The translations under genes were made by a program, and so were the position numbers. Below, one piece after another: positions 1-10,697 of a stretch of 64,000 bases of DNA. The stretch is from Azolla caroliniana (Eukaryota > Plantae > Polypodiophyta). Positions within the stretch are counted from its first letter, which is position 1. Each line of letters opens with the position of its first letter. Below the pieces are notes generated by a model. It was given only the letters and a program-made list of their open reading frames with translations. It was not told where the DNA came from and searched no databases. Location: the NCBI GenBank assembly GCA_043228905.1, contig JBHGNT010000018.1:1736001-1800000 (forward strand), given 5' to 3'.

Positions 1-2620
1 TGTGTCTACAGGATACACCATCATCAGTGGAGTGGAATCGGACAATGTCAGGCCTTTCTTTTTCCATTTTCATGTGAATTTCTTGGAGTTTTCTGTAGAT
101 TGCTTTGTTTTGGACATGATTTATGCCAGTCATTGGGGTTGTGAAACTATAAACAATACCACCAATCTCTATCCAGCTTTGTCCCTGTTCTTTCAATGTT
201 TTATGCATCATGGCCTCAATTTGGTTTGCTTCATCATACATGTGAGCATCGACATAAATGTTGAACATCAGAATAAATGCTGGGCCATGTTGCTTATCCA
301 ATTTGACCACACTATCAAAAGCATGTCTTCCGAGCTTCACATCACGCCATTTCCTACACGCTGCTAATACACTGCTCCATGCAACAATTGTAGGTTGATA
401 TGGCATTTTATTCATCATTGATATAGCTTCCTTCAGTTGACCAGCTCGACCCAAGATATCCACCATACAATTGTAATGTTCAATAGTTGGAGAAATGTCA
501 TAGTCTTTGCTCATCATCTCGAAGTAGTTCCGAGCTTTATTTACAAGACCGACATGACTACAGACAGAGAGAAGACTCAAGAATGTGATTCCATCTGGAA
601 CTGACCCATCATTTTTCATTTCATCAAAAATAATAAAAACAGCTTCACTATGCCCTTGTCGGGAGTATCCGGTAATTAATGCGTTCCATGTAACAAGGCT
701 ACATACTGGCATTTCATCGAACACTTTTTGAGCACTAAATACATTTCCACATTTACCATACATATCGATCAATGCATTTCCAAGTCGCATCTGATTAGAA
801 TCAGCCCCTATTTTGTGAGCATGTTCATTGGATTCCCCTACAAATTCAACATACAAATCCCCCTTCTTAGTGACTTCTAAATGTATTTCTTGGCCTCGTT
901 TGATGTCTCCAACGTTGGTACAAGCTTTCAAGCAACAAGCAGATGTAACAGGGTTCGGAGTGATACCTTCTGCTTGCATCTGATCTAAACAATTTAGTGC
1001 TTCTCTATTTTTTCCATGGTCTGTATACCCTGCTATTAGTGCAGTCCATGAGACTACAGTTCGAACTGATAGTTCATTAAATACATGCTGAGCTTCAGCA
1101 AGTAAACCACATTTGGTATACACATCCACAAGAGTATTTCCAATGAAGTTAGCATTTTCTAACCCCTTCATTACAATGATATCATGCATTTCTTGACTTT
1201 GGACTAACGATCCGATAATTCCACAAGCTTTTAAGCAACAGTTTAATGTAGAGGCATCTGGAGAAATACCTTCGAGGCGCATCTTTGCAAACTGATCAAG
1301 TGCATCATCACCAAATCCATGTTCAGTATAACCAGCGAGAAGTGCATTCCAAGAGATGATATTCCGAATTGGCAACTGCTGAAATACCTGTTGTGCTTCA
1401 TGAAGAGCACCACATTTTGCATACATATCTATTAAACTATTCCCAAGAGAAGTATCTCTTCTGAAGATTTCTACGGGTATGTCAGATTGTATTGCACGAC
1501 CTCTCTCTATATCTCCGATACTACTACATGCTTTTAAAGAGCAAAGAAAGGTGGCAACGTTTGGGGATATGCCCTCTTTTTTCATCTCTTCGAAACAAAT
1601 TAGAGCTTCTTCACTGAAACCATTATCAATATATCCAGCAATTAATGCTGTCCAAGAGACCACGTCTCGAGATGGCAACTTGTCTAGGGTTCTACGAGCT
1701 TCAGAAGGTAAGCCACACTTTATATACATATCCACCAGTGCATTGCCAATGAAACGCTCTCTCTCGAGTCCTTGTTTCACCACCATATCGTGCACATCTC
1801 GACCTTTTTCTACATACTCTTTACTGCTGAAAACTTTCATCATACACAGTAATGTCACATTATCGGCCATCATGCCCTCGGTTTTCATTTTCTCTAAAGA
1901 TTCCAATGCATCCTTGGTAAGACCTTGTTCAATATATCCTCTAATCAATGCATTCCAAGAGACTACATCTCGATCATGGAGCTTATTGAAAACTTCTACA
2001 GCATCTAAAGGCAACCCGCATTTTACATACATGTCTATTATCGTGTTGCCGATGATGCGATCTTCTTCCAAACCTTCTTTAAATATCACATCATGAACAT
2101 ATTGACCTTTTTCAATAGATTTTAGTTTAGAGCAAGCTTTCAAAGGGGTTAAGAGAGAGTGTCTACTCTGGCGAACCCCACTATCTTGCATTTGTTCGAA
2201 TAGATGCAACACTTGATGAAGGTCTCCTTGTTCAAAATACCCTTTCAAAAGGGAGCACCACGAGAACTCATTTTTATAAATAAGCTTGTCAAAGGCATGC
2301 TGAGCATCACATAAGCTTCCACATTCAACAAACATGGGAACGATGTAATTACCGAGATCTTCTGATAGTCCATTGCTTCTCACATGCATATAGATGGATT
2401 TAGCATGAGTTAGACTCTTTTCATTCCTACATTTCTGGCAAACAGAAGCAAGATCCTTCACTGAGCTCTTTTTCCAATCCAGAGACACAAGAATGTCTTC
2501 CAAGCTCTTTGTCATTACCGTATCTGGACCTTGATTCTGAAGGAAATTTGATTCTTTCCATTTGGGTCCTATATCTCGCACGGCCACAGACATGGCTTGA
2601 GGATGCAGATGTGGTACCAT
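1..2620 (-). CDS. PLS-class pentatricopeptide repeat protein with E1/E2/E+ and probable DYW domain (organellar RNA editing factor); 3' end outside the window
   Basis: Manual translation from the ATG at 2620 (in-frame TGA two codons upstream) gives repeated P-L-S motifs: GNTIIDMYVKCG..DVVSWNALIRGY, GNALVDMYIKCG..DVVSWTALIAGY, GNSLIDMYAKCGALHEAQQVF. These are followed by S2/E motifs (HYNCMVDILGRAGQLKEA, PTIVAWSSVLAACRKW), a PG-box-like GQSWIEIGGIVYSF, and ...GVSCRH at base 2. It is missing from the ORF track because no stop lies inside the window. Confidence 0.93.
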   Translation of the reverse strand, partial: MVPHLHPQAMSVAVRDIGPKWKESNFLQNQGPDTVMTKSLEDILVSLDWKKSSVKDLASVCQKCRNEKSLTHAKSIYMHVRSNGLSEDLGNYIVPMFVECGSLCDAQHAFDKLIYKNEFSWCSLLKGYFEQGDLHQVLHLFEQMQDSGVRQSRHSLLTPLKACSKLKSIEKGQYVHDVIFKEGLEEDRIIGNTIIDMYVKCGLPLDAVEVFNKLHDRDVVSWNALIRGYIEQGLTKDALESLEKMKTEGMMADNVTLLCMMKVFSSKEYVEKGRDVHDMVVKQGLERERFIGNALVDMYIKCGLPSEARRTLDKLPSRDVVSWTALIAGYIDNGFSEEALICFEEMKKEGISPNVATFLCSLKACSSIGDIERGRAIQSDIPVEIFRRDTSLGNSLIDMYAKCGALHEAQQVFQQLPIRNIISWNALLAGYTEHGFGDDALDQFAKMRLEGISPDASTLNCCLKACGIIGSLVQSQEMHDIIVMKGLENANFIGNTLVDVYTKCGLLAEAQHVFNELSVRTVVSWTALIAGYTDHGKNREALNCLDQMQAEGITPNPVTSACCLKACTNVGDIKRGQEIHLEVTKKGDLYVEFVGESNEHAHKIGADSNQMRLGNALIDMYGKCGNVFSAQKVFDEMPVCSLVTWNALITGYSRQGHSEAVFIIFDEMKNDGSVPDGITFLSLLSVCSHVGLVNKARNYFEMMSKDYDISPTIEHYNCMVDILGRAGQLKEAISMMNKMPYQPTIVAWSSVLAACRKWRDVKLGRHAFDSVVKLDKQHGPAFILMFNIYVDAHMYDEANQIEAMMHKTLKEQGQSWIEIGGIVYSFTTPMTGINHVQNKAIYRKLQEIHMKMEKERPDIVRFHSTDDGVSCRH

Positions 2621-3003
2621 AACTCATGATCATTCGAGAGGGGTGGGTGGTAATCCAATACTCTGTTTCCCTCTCTGAAAGCCTTGTTGTACATATAGAA
2701 CTGTCTTTTTCTTGTGGGAATATGCAATTTCTGTGATAGATATCTTGTGGTGGTTACATACCCACAAGAGAGAAATCAAGGTTTTCATCCGCGAAATTAG
2801 AGTACATACATAGAGACTCGAGAGAAGGTGCGCGATTTACTTGCCAAGACTTTCAAAGTGTTGCGGACATCGATTAGAGTGCATTCGACAATTAATCTCA
2901 ATAATATACATAATGGCGATACATATACACAGACATGTATATAACGAGACATTTGAAAGTTGAGAGAGTGGGAGAGAGATAGAGACAAAGATAGAGCCCA
3001 TAT

Positions 3004-3190
3004 GGATGTAGGTCAATTGCTAAGGTTGCCTAATGGAGACCAGGTGGTCATGGGTTCAACCCCTACAATGGCATTTGGTGAAGTAAGAGATATTTATGGA
3101 GTAATAGAGAGGTGAGAAAGTTGGGTTTCAAACCCAAGATGTAACGTTAGTAGTGTAAAAGACTTACCACTACGATAAGCTCATTATGAG
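3004..3190 (+). mobile_element. tRNA-derived SINE-like element, copy 1
   Basis: Pol III A-box-like TAGGTCAATTGC and B-box GGTTCAACCC, then a non-tRNA body shared with copy 2, ending in a (GA)n tract. Confidence 0.65.
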
Positions 3191-3220
3191 AGAGAGAGAG
3201 AGAGAGATAGAAACCAAATT

Positions 3221-3410
3221 GATGTAGCTCAATTGGTAAGGTTACCCAATGGAGACCATGAGGTCATGGGTTCAACCCTTACATTCCACATTGGTATCTA
3301 TTGAATTAAGAGATATTTATGAAGTAATAGAGAGATGAGAAATTGGGTTTCGAACCCAAATTGTAGTGTTTGTAGTCTAACAACTTAGAACTAGGGCAAT
3401 CTAATTACGA
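3221..3410 (+). mobile_element. tRNA-derived SINE-like element, copy 2
   Basis: GATGTAGCTCAATTGGTAAG (A box) ... GGGTTCAACCC (B box). The body TAAGAGATATTTATGAAGTAATAGAGAG..TTGGGTTTCGAACCCAA matches copy 1. Confidence 0.7.
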
Positions 3411-3879
3411 TAAAAAAGAGAGAAGGTAATTTCTTCACTTACGAATATAAAACACACAAGGATTGTTAAACTCTTAGGAGTCACACTTTCACACACAAGC
3501 ATATTCGTACATCTTTAAGTGTCTCTGTATTCTCACTTTCACACACCCATCCCCACTCTACTTCAATTCCTCGCTGGTTTTGCTCCTATTTCACACGCAT
3601 GCACAATTATTCAAGACAATGTTATGGGGCTCACTTCTTCAAATTCTATGTGGATGAATCGAGTTTAAGTCTTGAATGGCTCAATACGACTCATACATTG
3701 GAGTGTTGCATTTCCAAGGGTCATAAAACTGAGTCTCAAGGGGTCGCCTTCCTCTCTCGCACTAGGTTAATTGATGCATTGGGAAAGTCACTCCCCAATG
3801 CCAAAGACCATGTCATATATGAACACATAAAATCACTTACCTTTTCACTCCATGTAACCACGGAAACCTTAGTGTCGAA

Positions 3880-5792
3880 GGATGTATCAGAGATCATGGA
3901 GGCGGTCACACCTCACTATCGTGGGCTACTCTCATATAGTTATAGTAACCTCGAACAACCTACTCTGACAAAACTTGTATTGGAGGGAATGCAACAAAGA
4001 ATTTCAGAGGTTGCACAAGTTAATTTGTCAAGGCCACTCTCGGAAGAGGAGGTGTCAGATGCTTTGGCGGATATATGTAGAACCACTTGTCTAGGCATTG
4101 ACGGATTATCAAGAGATTTTTTTTGAATTTATTTGGGAAGTGATTAAGGTTGACATGGTTGATGGTCTTAATGATGAATGGGATGTTGGGTGTTTACTTG
4201 AGCATTTTAAAGAGGGGATGATATTTCTAATTCCTAAGGTACATGGTCTAATAGCTGATGCAAGGCAATGGAGACCGATTACGTTGCTCAACATTATCTA
4301 TAAGATTTTTGCCAATATTCTAGCCAAGAGGATCAAACCCCACTTGCATGCACTAATTAATGCTGGACAAACAGGATTCATGGAAAACATATGCATAATT
4401 GATAATGTGTTGACCTTTTGGGAGGCGATTTCCTTGGCAAAGAAAACCAATCAACATATTGCATGTCTCATGCTTGACTTAGAGAAGGCGTATGACAGAG
4501 TACAATGGCCTTTTTTAGATAAAGTTATGGAGAGGTTGGGACTACCCTCAAAATGGAGATCGACTGGGCTAGCCCTTTACAAAGGAAGTTTGAGTAGGGT
4601 GCTGGTGTCATGGCATCGGGGCCCACCAATTCTATTATGCAGGGGTGCCCGTTGGCCCCCTACCTTGATTTATTTATTTCAGAGGCATTCTCGATCTTTT
4701 TAAATAGACTGGATGTAGGAATAAGGGGACTAGTTGTCCCACATGTGAGCAAGGAGTTGTTGGACTCGGTGTATGCAGATGACACTATGCTCTATCTGCA
4801 AGGCAATGAGGCCGAAAGACGGATTGAGATGTTTTGTATTTAAGAGTTAGGAGGGAAAATTAATTGGAACAAAAGCAGAGGATTTTGGGTAAGTCCAAAC
4901 CCATGGCCTCTTTGGTGCCCTAATGCTGATTTTCAATGGGTTCCCAATGGAATGACTTTTAAATGTTTGGGTTTTTTGGTGGGAGTTGAGACACCTAAAA
5001 ATCAATAGCTTGAGCAAGTGAAAGACAAAATCAGAAAAAAACTTCGGTTATGGGCATTAGTAAATCTTTCTCTTGTAGGTAGGGTGGTCGTGGTAAAGCA
5101 CATTCTTTTAGCCACCATGTGGCATTCGGTGTCATGCTAGATGTTAGACAAAGCTTCCATAAAAAACATTAAGGCAGTGTTGAGAGGGTTCCTTTGGTCG
5201 GGGAGACCATGAGATGACGTCAGCTAAAGTGGCGTGGAGTTGTTTGATCAAGGCGAAAAACTAGGGTGGATCTGGGTTGGTGGATCCAGTTCACCAAAGT
5301 AAGGCTTTACTATTGGTGAGAAGTCTACAACTTGGACTTGAATTGTGGAAGATGCTTCTTAGGGATAGAGTTGACCTCTGGTGTTTGAGGAATGGCGACC
5401 CTTGGAAGGCAAATATGTGGTGGTTGTTTAGTCCAGGTCTAAAGTCGAAAGAACCGGCTAGCATGGAGGACAGGGTGGCTCGTGCCATAATGAGGGCCTG
5501 GTCAAGTGTAAGATAATGAGGGCCTGGTCAAGTGGAACAACTTCGATAACTGTTGTTTTGGAACCCTAGGATTAGAAGCAAAGAAGATATTATGCTTGGA
5601 CAGAAAACATATTTGCCACAAGGACACACATTAGGGTACAATGTTAGTTCAATAAGAGATTGGGAGGTTTTCAAAATGAAGAGGAGTGAGGGTCAGAATG
5701 GTAGGAGCATGTTTACTGGTAGGTTAGAAAAGGTGACCCAATTGATAGATAAGGTTGTTGATGGTCTAGATAGGTTGAATGAGGAAGCGGGG
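3880..5792 (+). mobile_element. Decayed L1-like LINE, ORF2 reverse transcriptase region (5' part)
   Basis: Frameshifted RT motifs across ORFs 3599-4126, 4098-4703 and 4610-4843: CLGIDGL, WRPITLLNIIYKIFA, QTGF, LDLEKAYDRV, QGCPLAPYL, YADD. Confidence 0.9.
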
Positions 5793-6070
5793 TGTAAAGA
5801 ATCATATATGATTCTTGTGCAGCAGAAGAGATGTGTGTTATGTGTATGTGTGCGAGGAAAGAGAGGAGAGAAGAGAAAACACTAGATAGATTAAAAGAGG
5901 AAATGAATTACTCAAGAAGAAGAAGATGTATATTAGTAAGGAGAATGTGAAATACAAAAATGTCAACCTCTCTCTTCATTAACTCACTACAACTCCCACT
6001 CTCTCTCTAGAACCTTGAGGAATGTGAAGACTTATTAGTCATGGGAAATATGGAACTCATTAGGCATGAG
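5793..6070 (-). mobile_element. Copia LTR (family A), partial
   Basis: Starts TGTAAAGAATC and is closely similar to the LTR at 12366. TGTAAAGAATC is the reverse complement of the LTR end GATTCTTTACA at 10498. Confidence 0.8.
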
Positions 6071-6752
6071 CCGGATGGCGCAGACCCGGTGAGAACCGGA
6101 TGAAGAGTACTCGGCTACGGAAGACCCGGTGAGAACCAGATGAAGAGTACCCGGCTACGGAAGACCCGATGAGAACTGGATGAGGAGTACCCGGCAACGG
6201 AAGACCCGGTGAGAACCGGATGACGAGTACCCGGCAAGTGCCAGATGATGCAGGCCCGGTGAGGAGTGCTCACCGGATGAAGGGACATATTCGTAAATAT
6301 GTTTCTGAGAGTCCATCGGGGCTATATGTGTAAATAGCCGAAAAGTCATATTAGTATAAATATGACTTAGGGCAAACTCTTTTATTGTTGTTGTCATTCT
6401 TGTTGGCGCAAGATTAGAGCGCGCAACTGTGTACAGAAAGAGAGAGAGAGAGAGGAAGAGGTCGTTCCCTCTGTTGTAATCGCCGCCTGTGGCGAAGATC
6501 GTGAGCACGAGGTCGTTGCCTCCGTGAGCTCACTGTTGTAATCATTGTGATATAGTGATAGTTTGGAGTCTGTGGACTCCCGTGGTTTTTCCCTCTCAGG
6601 GTTTTCCACGTTAAACATCCTATGTACTCTTCTCTCCTCTTGTGTCGTGCATCCATTCCCCGTTTTTTTGTGTATGTTTCTAAGCTCGGTTGTGGCCGAG
6701 CGTTGCGCATAGGGAGCGTGCAGTTCCTGTCACCGAGAAGTTGGATCGAAAC
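6071..6752 (+). mobile_element. Fragment of a different LTR family (D) abutting copia gag
   Basis: Contains the motif CCCGTGGTTTTTCCC..GGGTTTTCCACGTTAAA, whose reverse complement also occurs in the LTRs at 44341 and 51222. Has a TATAAAT and ends ...AAACA directly before gag sequence. Confidence 0.55.
6082..6237. repeat. 40-bp tandem repeat x~4
   Basis: Unit AGACCCGGTGAGAACCGGATGAAGAGTACYCGGCTACGGA starting at 6082, 6122, 6162 and 6202. Confidence 0.92.
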
Positions 6753-9700
6753 AACTTCGCATCTTGGGAGTACAAGATACACCAATACCTTGTCAGACAA
6801 GGCTATTGGAGCTACATCAAAGGAGCGCATGAAGACTGACCCGCCGAAGCGGCTCCCGAATACGCAACATGGGAGCAAGCCGCAAGCTGCATGATGTATT
6901 GTTAGGCGACATGTGTTCACGACCATATGCTCGGTTACATTGGAGAAGCCAAGAAGCCGAAGGAAGTGTGGGAAAATCTACGAAAGATTTTCGCCGCCAA
7001 CACGATCGCGAGGAAGCTTCAACTCCGCCAAGAGTTGAACAACATTCAACATGTCCATCACGACATACACCTTGAAGATCAAGGAGCTTTGTGACTCGCT
7101 CGGCTCAATAAGCGTAAGTATAGATGATGATGAGATGGTGCAAATATGCCTCGATAGCCTTGCACTACGGTTCGGCGCGATGCGAACCGCCGTTCTAGCA
7201 CGGGAGAAATCTCCCTCCTTCTTCGAGCTCCAATCAATGCTATTGGTCGAAGAAAACCACATGCGTACAAGGAGCAATGAGTTGGAAGGCCACATGCTCT
7301 ACACGCACTCTAATGGAGGAAGAGGATGCGGACGAGCGAGAGGCCGATTCGGCCAAGGACAAGGCGGACGAGGTCTGACCTACGACAACAACTCCCAATT
7401 TCGGCCGCAAAACGGAGGCCAACGAGGAACCTTCGCAAGAAGGGGGAGCTTCCACTCCGGCCTGAGCCGTCAAAACGCAACCGAATGCGGATATTGCGGA
7501 AAGCTCAGCCACCACGAAGAAGAGTGCAGAAAGAAGATGCGTGAATCGGCTTCCACAAGCCGACAACTCACGAATTACGCACACAACTCCGACTACGAAG
7601 ATCATGGCGGAATGTATGCACACAACTCCGACCGTGGCGACACGAGGTCACTCCGCACGAAAGATTCTTCGGAAAGAAGCCGAACCTATCACATGTTCGG
7701 ATATTCGGCTCCATTGCATACGTGCACATCCCCGACGAGAAGCGTCAAAAGCTCGACCCGAAGTCGGAGAAATGTATCCTCGTAGGATACTCACTGGAGC
7801 AAAAGGGGTACAAGTGCTACAACCTCTCAACTCGAAAATCTCGGGTAAGTCGAGACGTCGTCTTTGACGAGTCCGCATCCTAGTACACACCAGAGACAAC
7901 TTCGACTCCGACCCCGCTTGACCTGGAATCCACCGAACAAGAGATAGAGGATGAAGATCACCTTACGCGCATGTTCGAAGAAAGTCCGATCACGACCCGA
8001 CTGAGCGGACCACAAGAGCCTTTGAGCGATCAAAGCACATCACGGACTAGCCCGAAGATGGATAAAGGCAAAGCGAAAATGGCGGAATATGAAGACGATC
8101 GCTTTGACGACGATGAATCAACTCACTCACTCGACAGTGAGTTCGGCGGTTTCGAGGTACCAATCGGAGCTAAGAATGCCCTCATCTCTGCAAATGAAAA
8201 ACTCCGACGATCCACCCGTGAAAAGAACCTCGTAAGCCGATTCGGCTACAACGAATATATGGCGTACCATTACGCCTTTATGATGAAGGTAGCGACAGTA
8301 CGGGAGCCGAAAACCTTTTCGAAAGCCGCGAAGGACCCGCAATGGATCGAAGCAATGAACGAGGAGATACAGGCACTACGGAAGAACGAGACGTGGGATC
8401 TCGTTTCCACCTCACCACACAAAAAGGTGATCGGATGGAGATGGATCTACAAGGTGAAGTATAACGCCGATGGCTCCGTAAACCGCTACAAAGCTCGACT
8501 CGTAGCGAAAGGATATGCTCAGACACATGGCGTTGACTATGAAGAGACCTTTGCCCCGGTGGCAAAGATGACGACGGTGCGGACCATAATTGGGATTGGC
8601 GCGGCGAAAGGGTGGCACCTCCATCAAATGGACATCAAGAACGCCTTTTTACAAGGCGAATTAGAAGAGGAGGTGTACATGATCCAACCACCTGGCTTCA
8701 ACTCGAGCACTCATCCAAAAGCCGTATGCCGACTCAAGAAGCCACTCTACGGCCTCAAGCAAGCACCGCGTGCTTGGCATTCGAAGATAAAGCAATATCT
8801 TCATCAAATCGGCTTCCGTATGTCAAAATCGGACAACTCCCTCTACATACGAAGCGATTCCGCAAGTCCGATCGTCATCATCTTATATGTGAATGACCTA
8901 GTCATTGGAGGTGAGCATCTCGTCGAAATCAATAAGGTCAAATCCCTCCTTTCAGACAAGTTCGAGATGACGGACATGAAGGAGCTCCACTACTTCCTCG
9001 GCATCGAGGTAATTCGGACTCCGGCTAGAATCATGATCTCTCAACGGCACTACATCCTCAACTTGTTATACAAGTTCGAGATGGCTGAATGCAAATCCGC
9101 GGCAACCCCGCTCGATCGCAATCTCAAACTAGATGCGAACTCCGGCACCAAAGTGTGTGAGCCGACTCAGTATCGACAACTCATTGGGAGTCTCATCTAC
9201 CTCACGATCACACGACCCGATCTCAGTTATCTGGTCGGTCTCCTTAGCCAATTCATGCAAACACCGCGTGATACTCACTTGGATTGCACTAAGCGAGTTC
9301 TACGCTACGTGAGCGGCACAATGGATTGTGGCATCCTCTACAAGACCGCGATGCCAATATGACTCGAGGGGTACACAGACGCCGATTGGGCCGGCTACAA
9401 AGCTGATAGAAGATCAACTTCTGGATTTGTTTTCTCCCTCGGCAGCGGAGCAATATCCTGGAGTAGCAAGAAGCAGCCTACCGTCGCTCTTTCGAGTACG
9501 GAGGCGGAATACAGGGGCGCAGCCGTAGCTGCGTGTGAAGACGTATGGCTCAAGAGGATTTTGAAGGATCTGGGTGTACCCATCAAGGATCCAACTTCCT
9601 TGTACTGCGACAACATGAGCAGTATCTATCTAGCTCGGAACCCAGTGTTCCACACGCGGACAAAGCACATCGAAGTGCACTATCACTTCATCCGAGAGCG

Positions 9701-10498
9701 CGTTCTGGCTGGCGATGTCGACCTACAACACATTAGCACCAATCTTCAAACGGCCGACATCTTCACTAAAGCCTTAGGAGCCGACATGCTATGGCAATTC
9801 ATGACCGATCTCGGATTGACAATCCCTGACCTACCAAGCTTGAGGGGGAGTACTGAAGACACTACGCAATAACGCATGGATTCCGCAACCAAGAAACGAA
9901 GCAGCGAAGAGCCGATCTACCGCGCAAAGCCGCGAAGAAAGACGCAAGCCGAAGCACAGACTTCGTAACTACGCACAACGCAAGATGAAGCACGGATTCC
10001 GCAACTCCGCATAAAGCGAGTCGACGCGAACTTCGGAACATGAGTTGAAGCGGATTTCGGATACTGTCTGAAACCGACCTGACTTGAGCTTGAGGGGGCG
10101 TGTTGAGAATCAAGCTCAACTTGATCTAGTGTGTGAACTCTCACCTTGAGAGTGAAGAGACACTCCAACGGTCAAGAGTCACCATTATGTCACCACTTTG
10201 TATTCTAGCATTTAGTATGAGTCATAGAATCATATTCTATGACACATAACTTATGAGCTTTCACATTCCCCATGCTCCATGAGTCTTGTAGTTAATGAAG
10301 AGAGAGGGTGACTACATAAAGCACCCTCCTCCCACCTTGTATAATGTTGAGTCTTTCTCCATTGCTAAGATACTTTACCTTGCGTATTCTCTGTGTATTA
10401 CTCCTTGTCTCTCTCACTCTCACTCACTCTCTCACTCTCATACACACACAATTCACACCTATTCCGCTTCACAAGAATCCATCTCTTGATTCTTTACA
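6753..10498 (+). mobile_element. Ty1/copia retrotransposon (copy C), internally deleted, with 3' LTR 10101-10498
   Basis: Gag with zinc knuckle CGYCGKLSHHEEEC. Integrase C-terminus (RIFGSIAYVHIPDEKRQKLDPKS). RT in ORF 7971-9362 (RYKARLVAKGY, QMDIKNAFLQG, LYGLKQAPRAW, ILYVNDL). RNase H ([22 protein letters not shown]). PPT TTGAGGGGGCG, then an LTR running TG...CA. Confidence 0.93.
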
Positions 10499-10697
10499 TA
10501 TAGTCACTCTCTCTCTTCATTAACTATTGAAGCTCATGGGTCATGGGGAATGTGAAAGCTCATTAGTTATGTGTCATAGAATATGATTCTATGACACATA
10601 GTTAATGTGTGGATAAGAGTGGTGACTTTTGACCTTTAAGTGCACACTCTCAAGGGTGTGTTCACACACTAGACTAGGTTGAGCTTGATTCTCAACA
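10499..10697 (-). mobile_element. Half of a same-family copia LTR in opposite orientation (B)
   Basis: The reverse complement begins TGTTGAGAATCAAGCTCAAC, as at 10101, and matches roughly the first 210 bp of that LTR. Confidence 0.85.

Noticed and set aside
2-2096. Plus-strand ORFs 2-367 and 1479-2096
   Set aside because: Antisense shadows of the minus-strand PPR reading frame.
3221-3295. tRNA gene
   Set aside because: A and B boxes are present, but there is no convincing acceptor or anticodon stem, and the sequence continues into a body repeated elsewhere. A SINE fits better.
6082-6237. CRISPR-like array
   Set aside because: Contiguous repeats with no unique spacers, eukaryotic LTR context, no cas genes.
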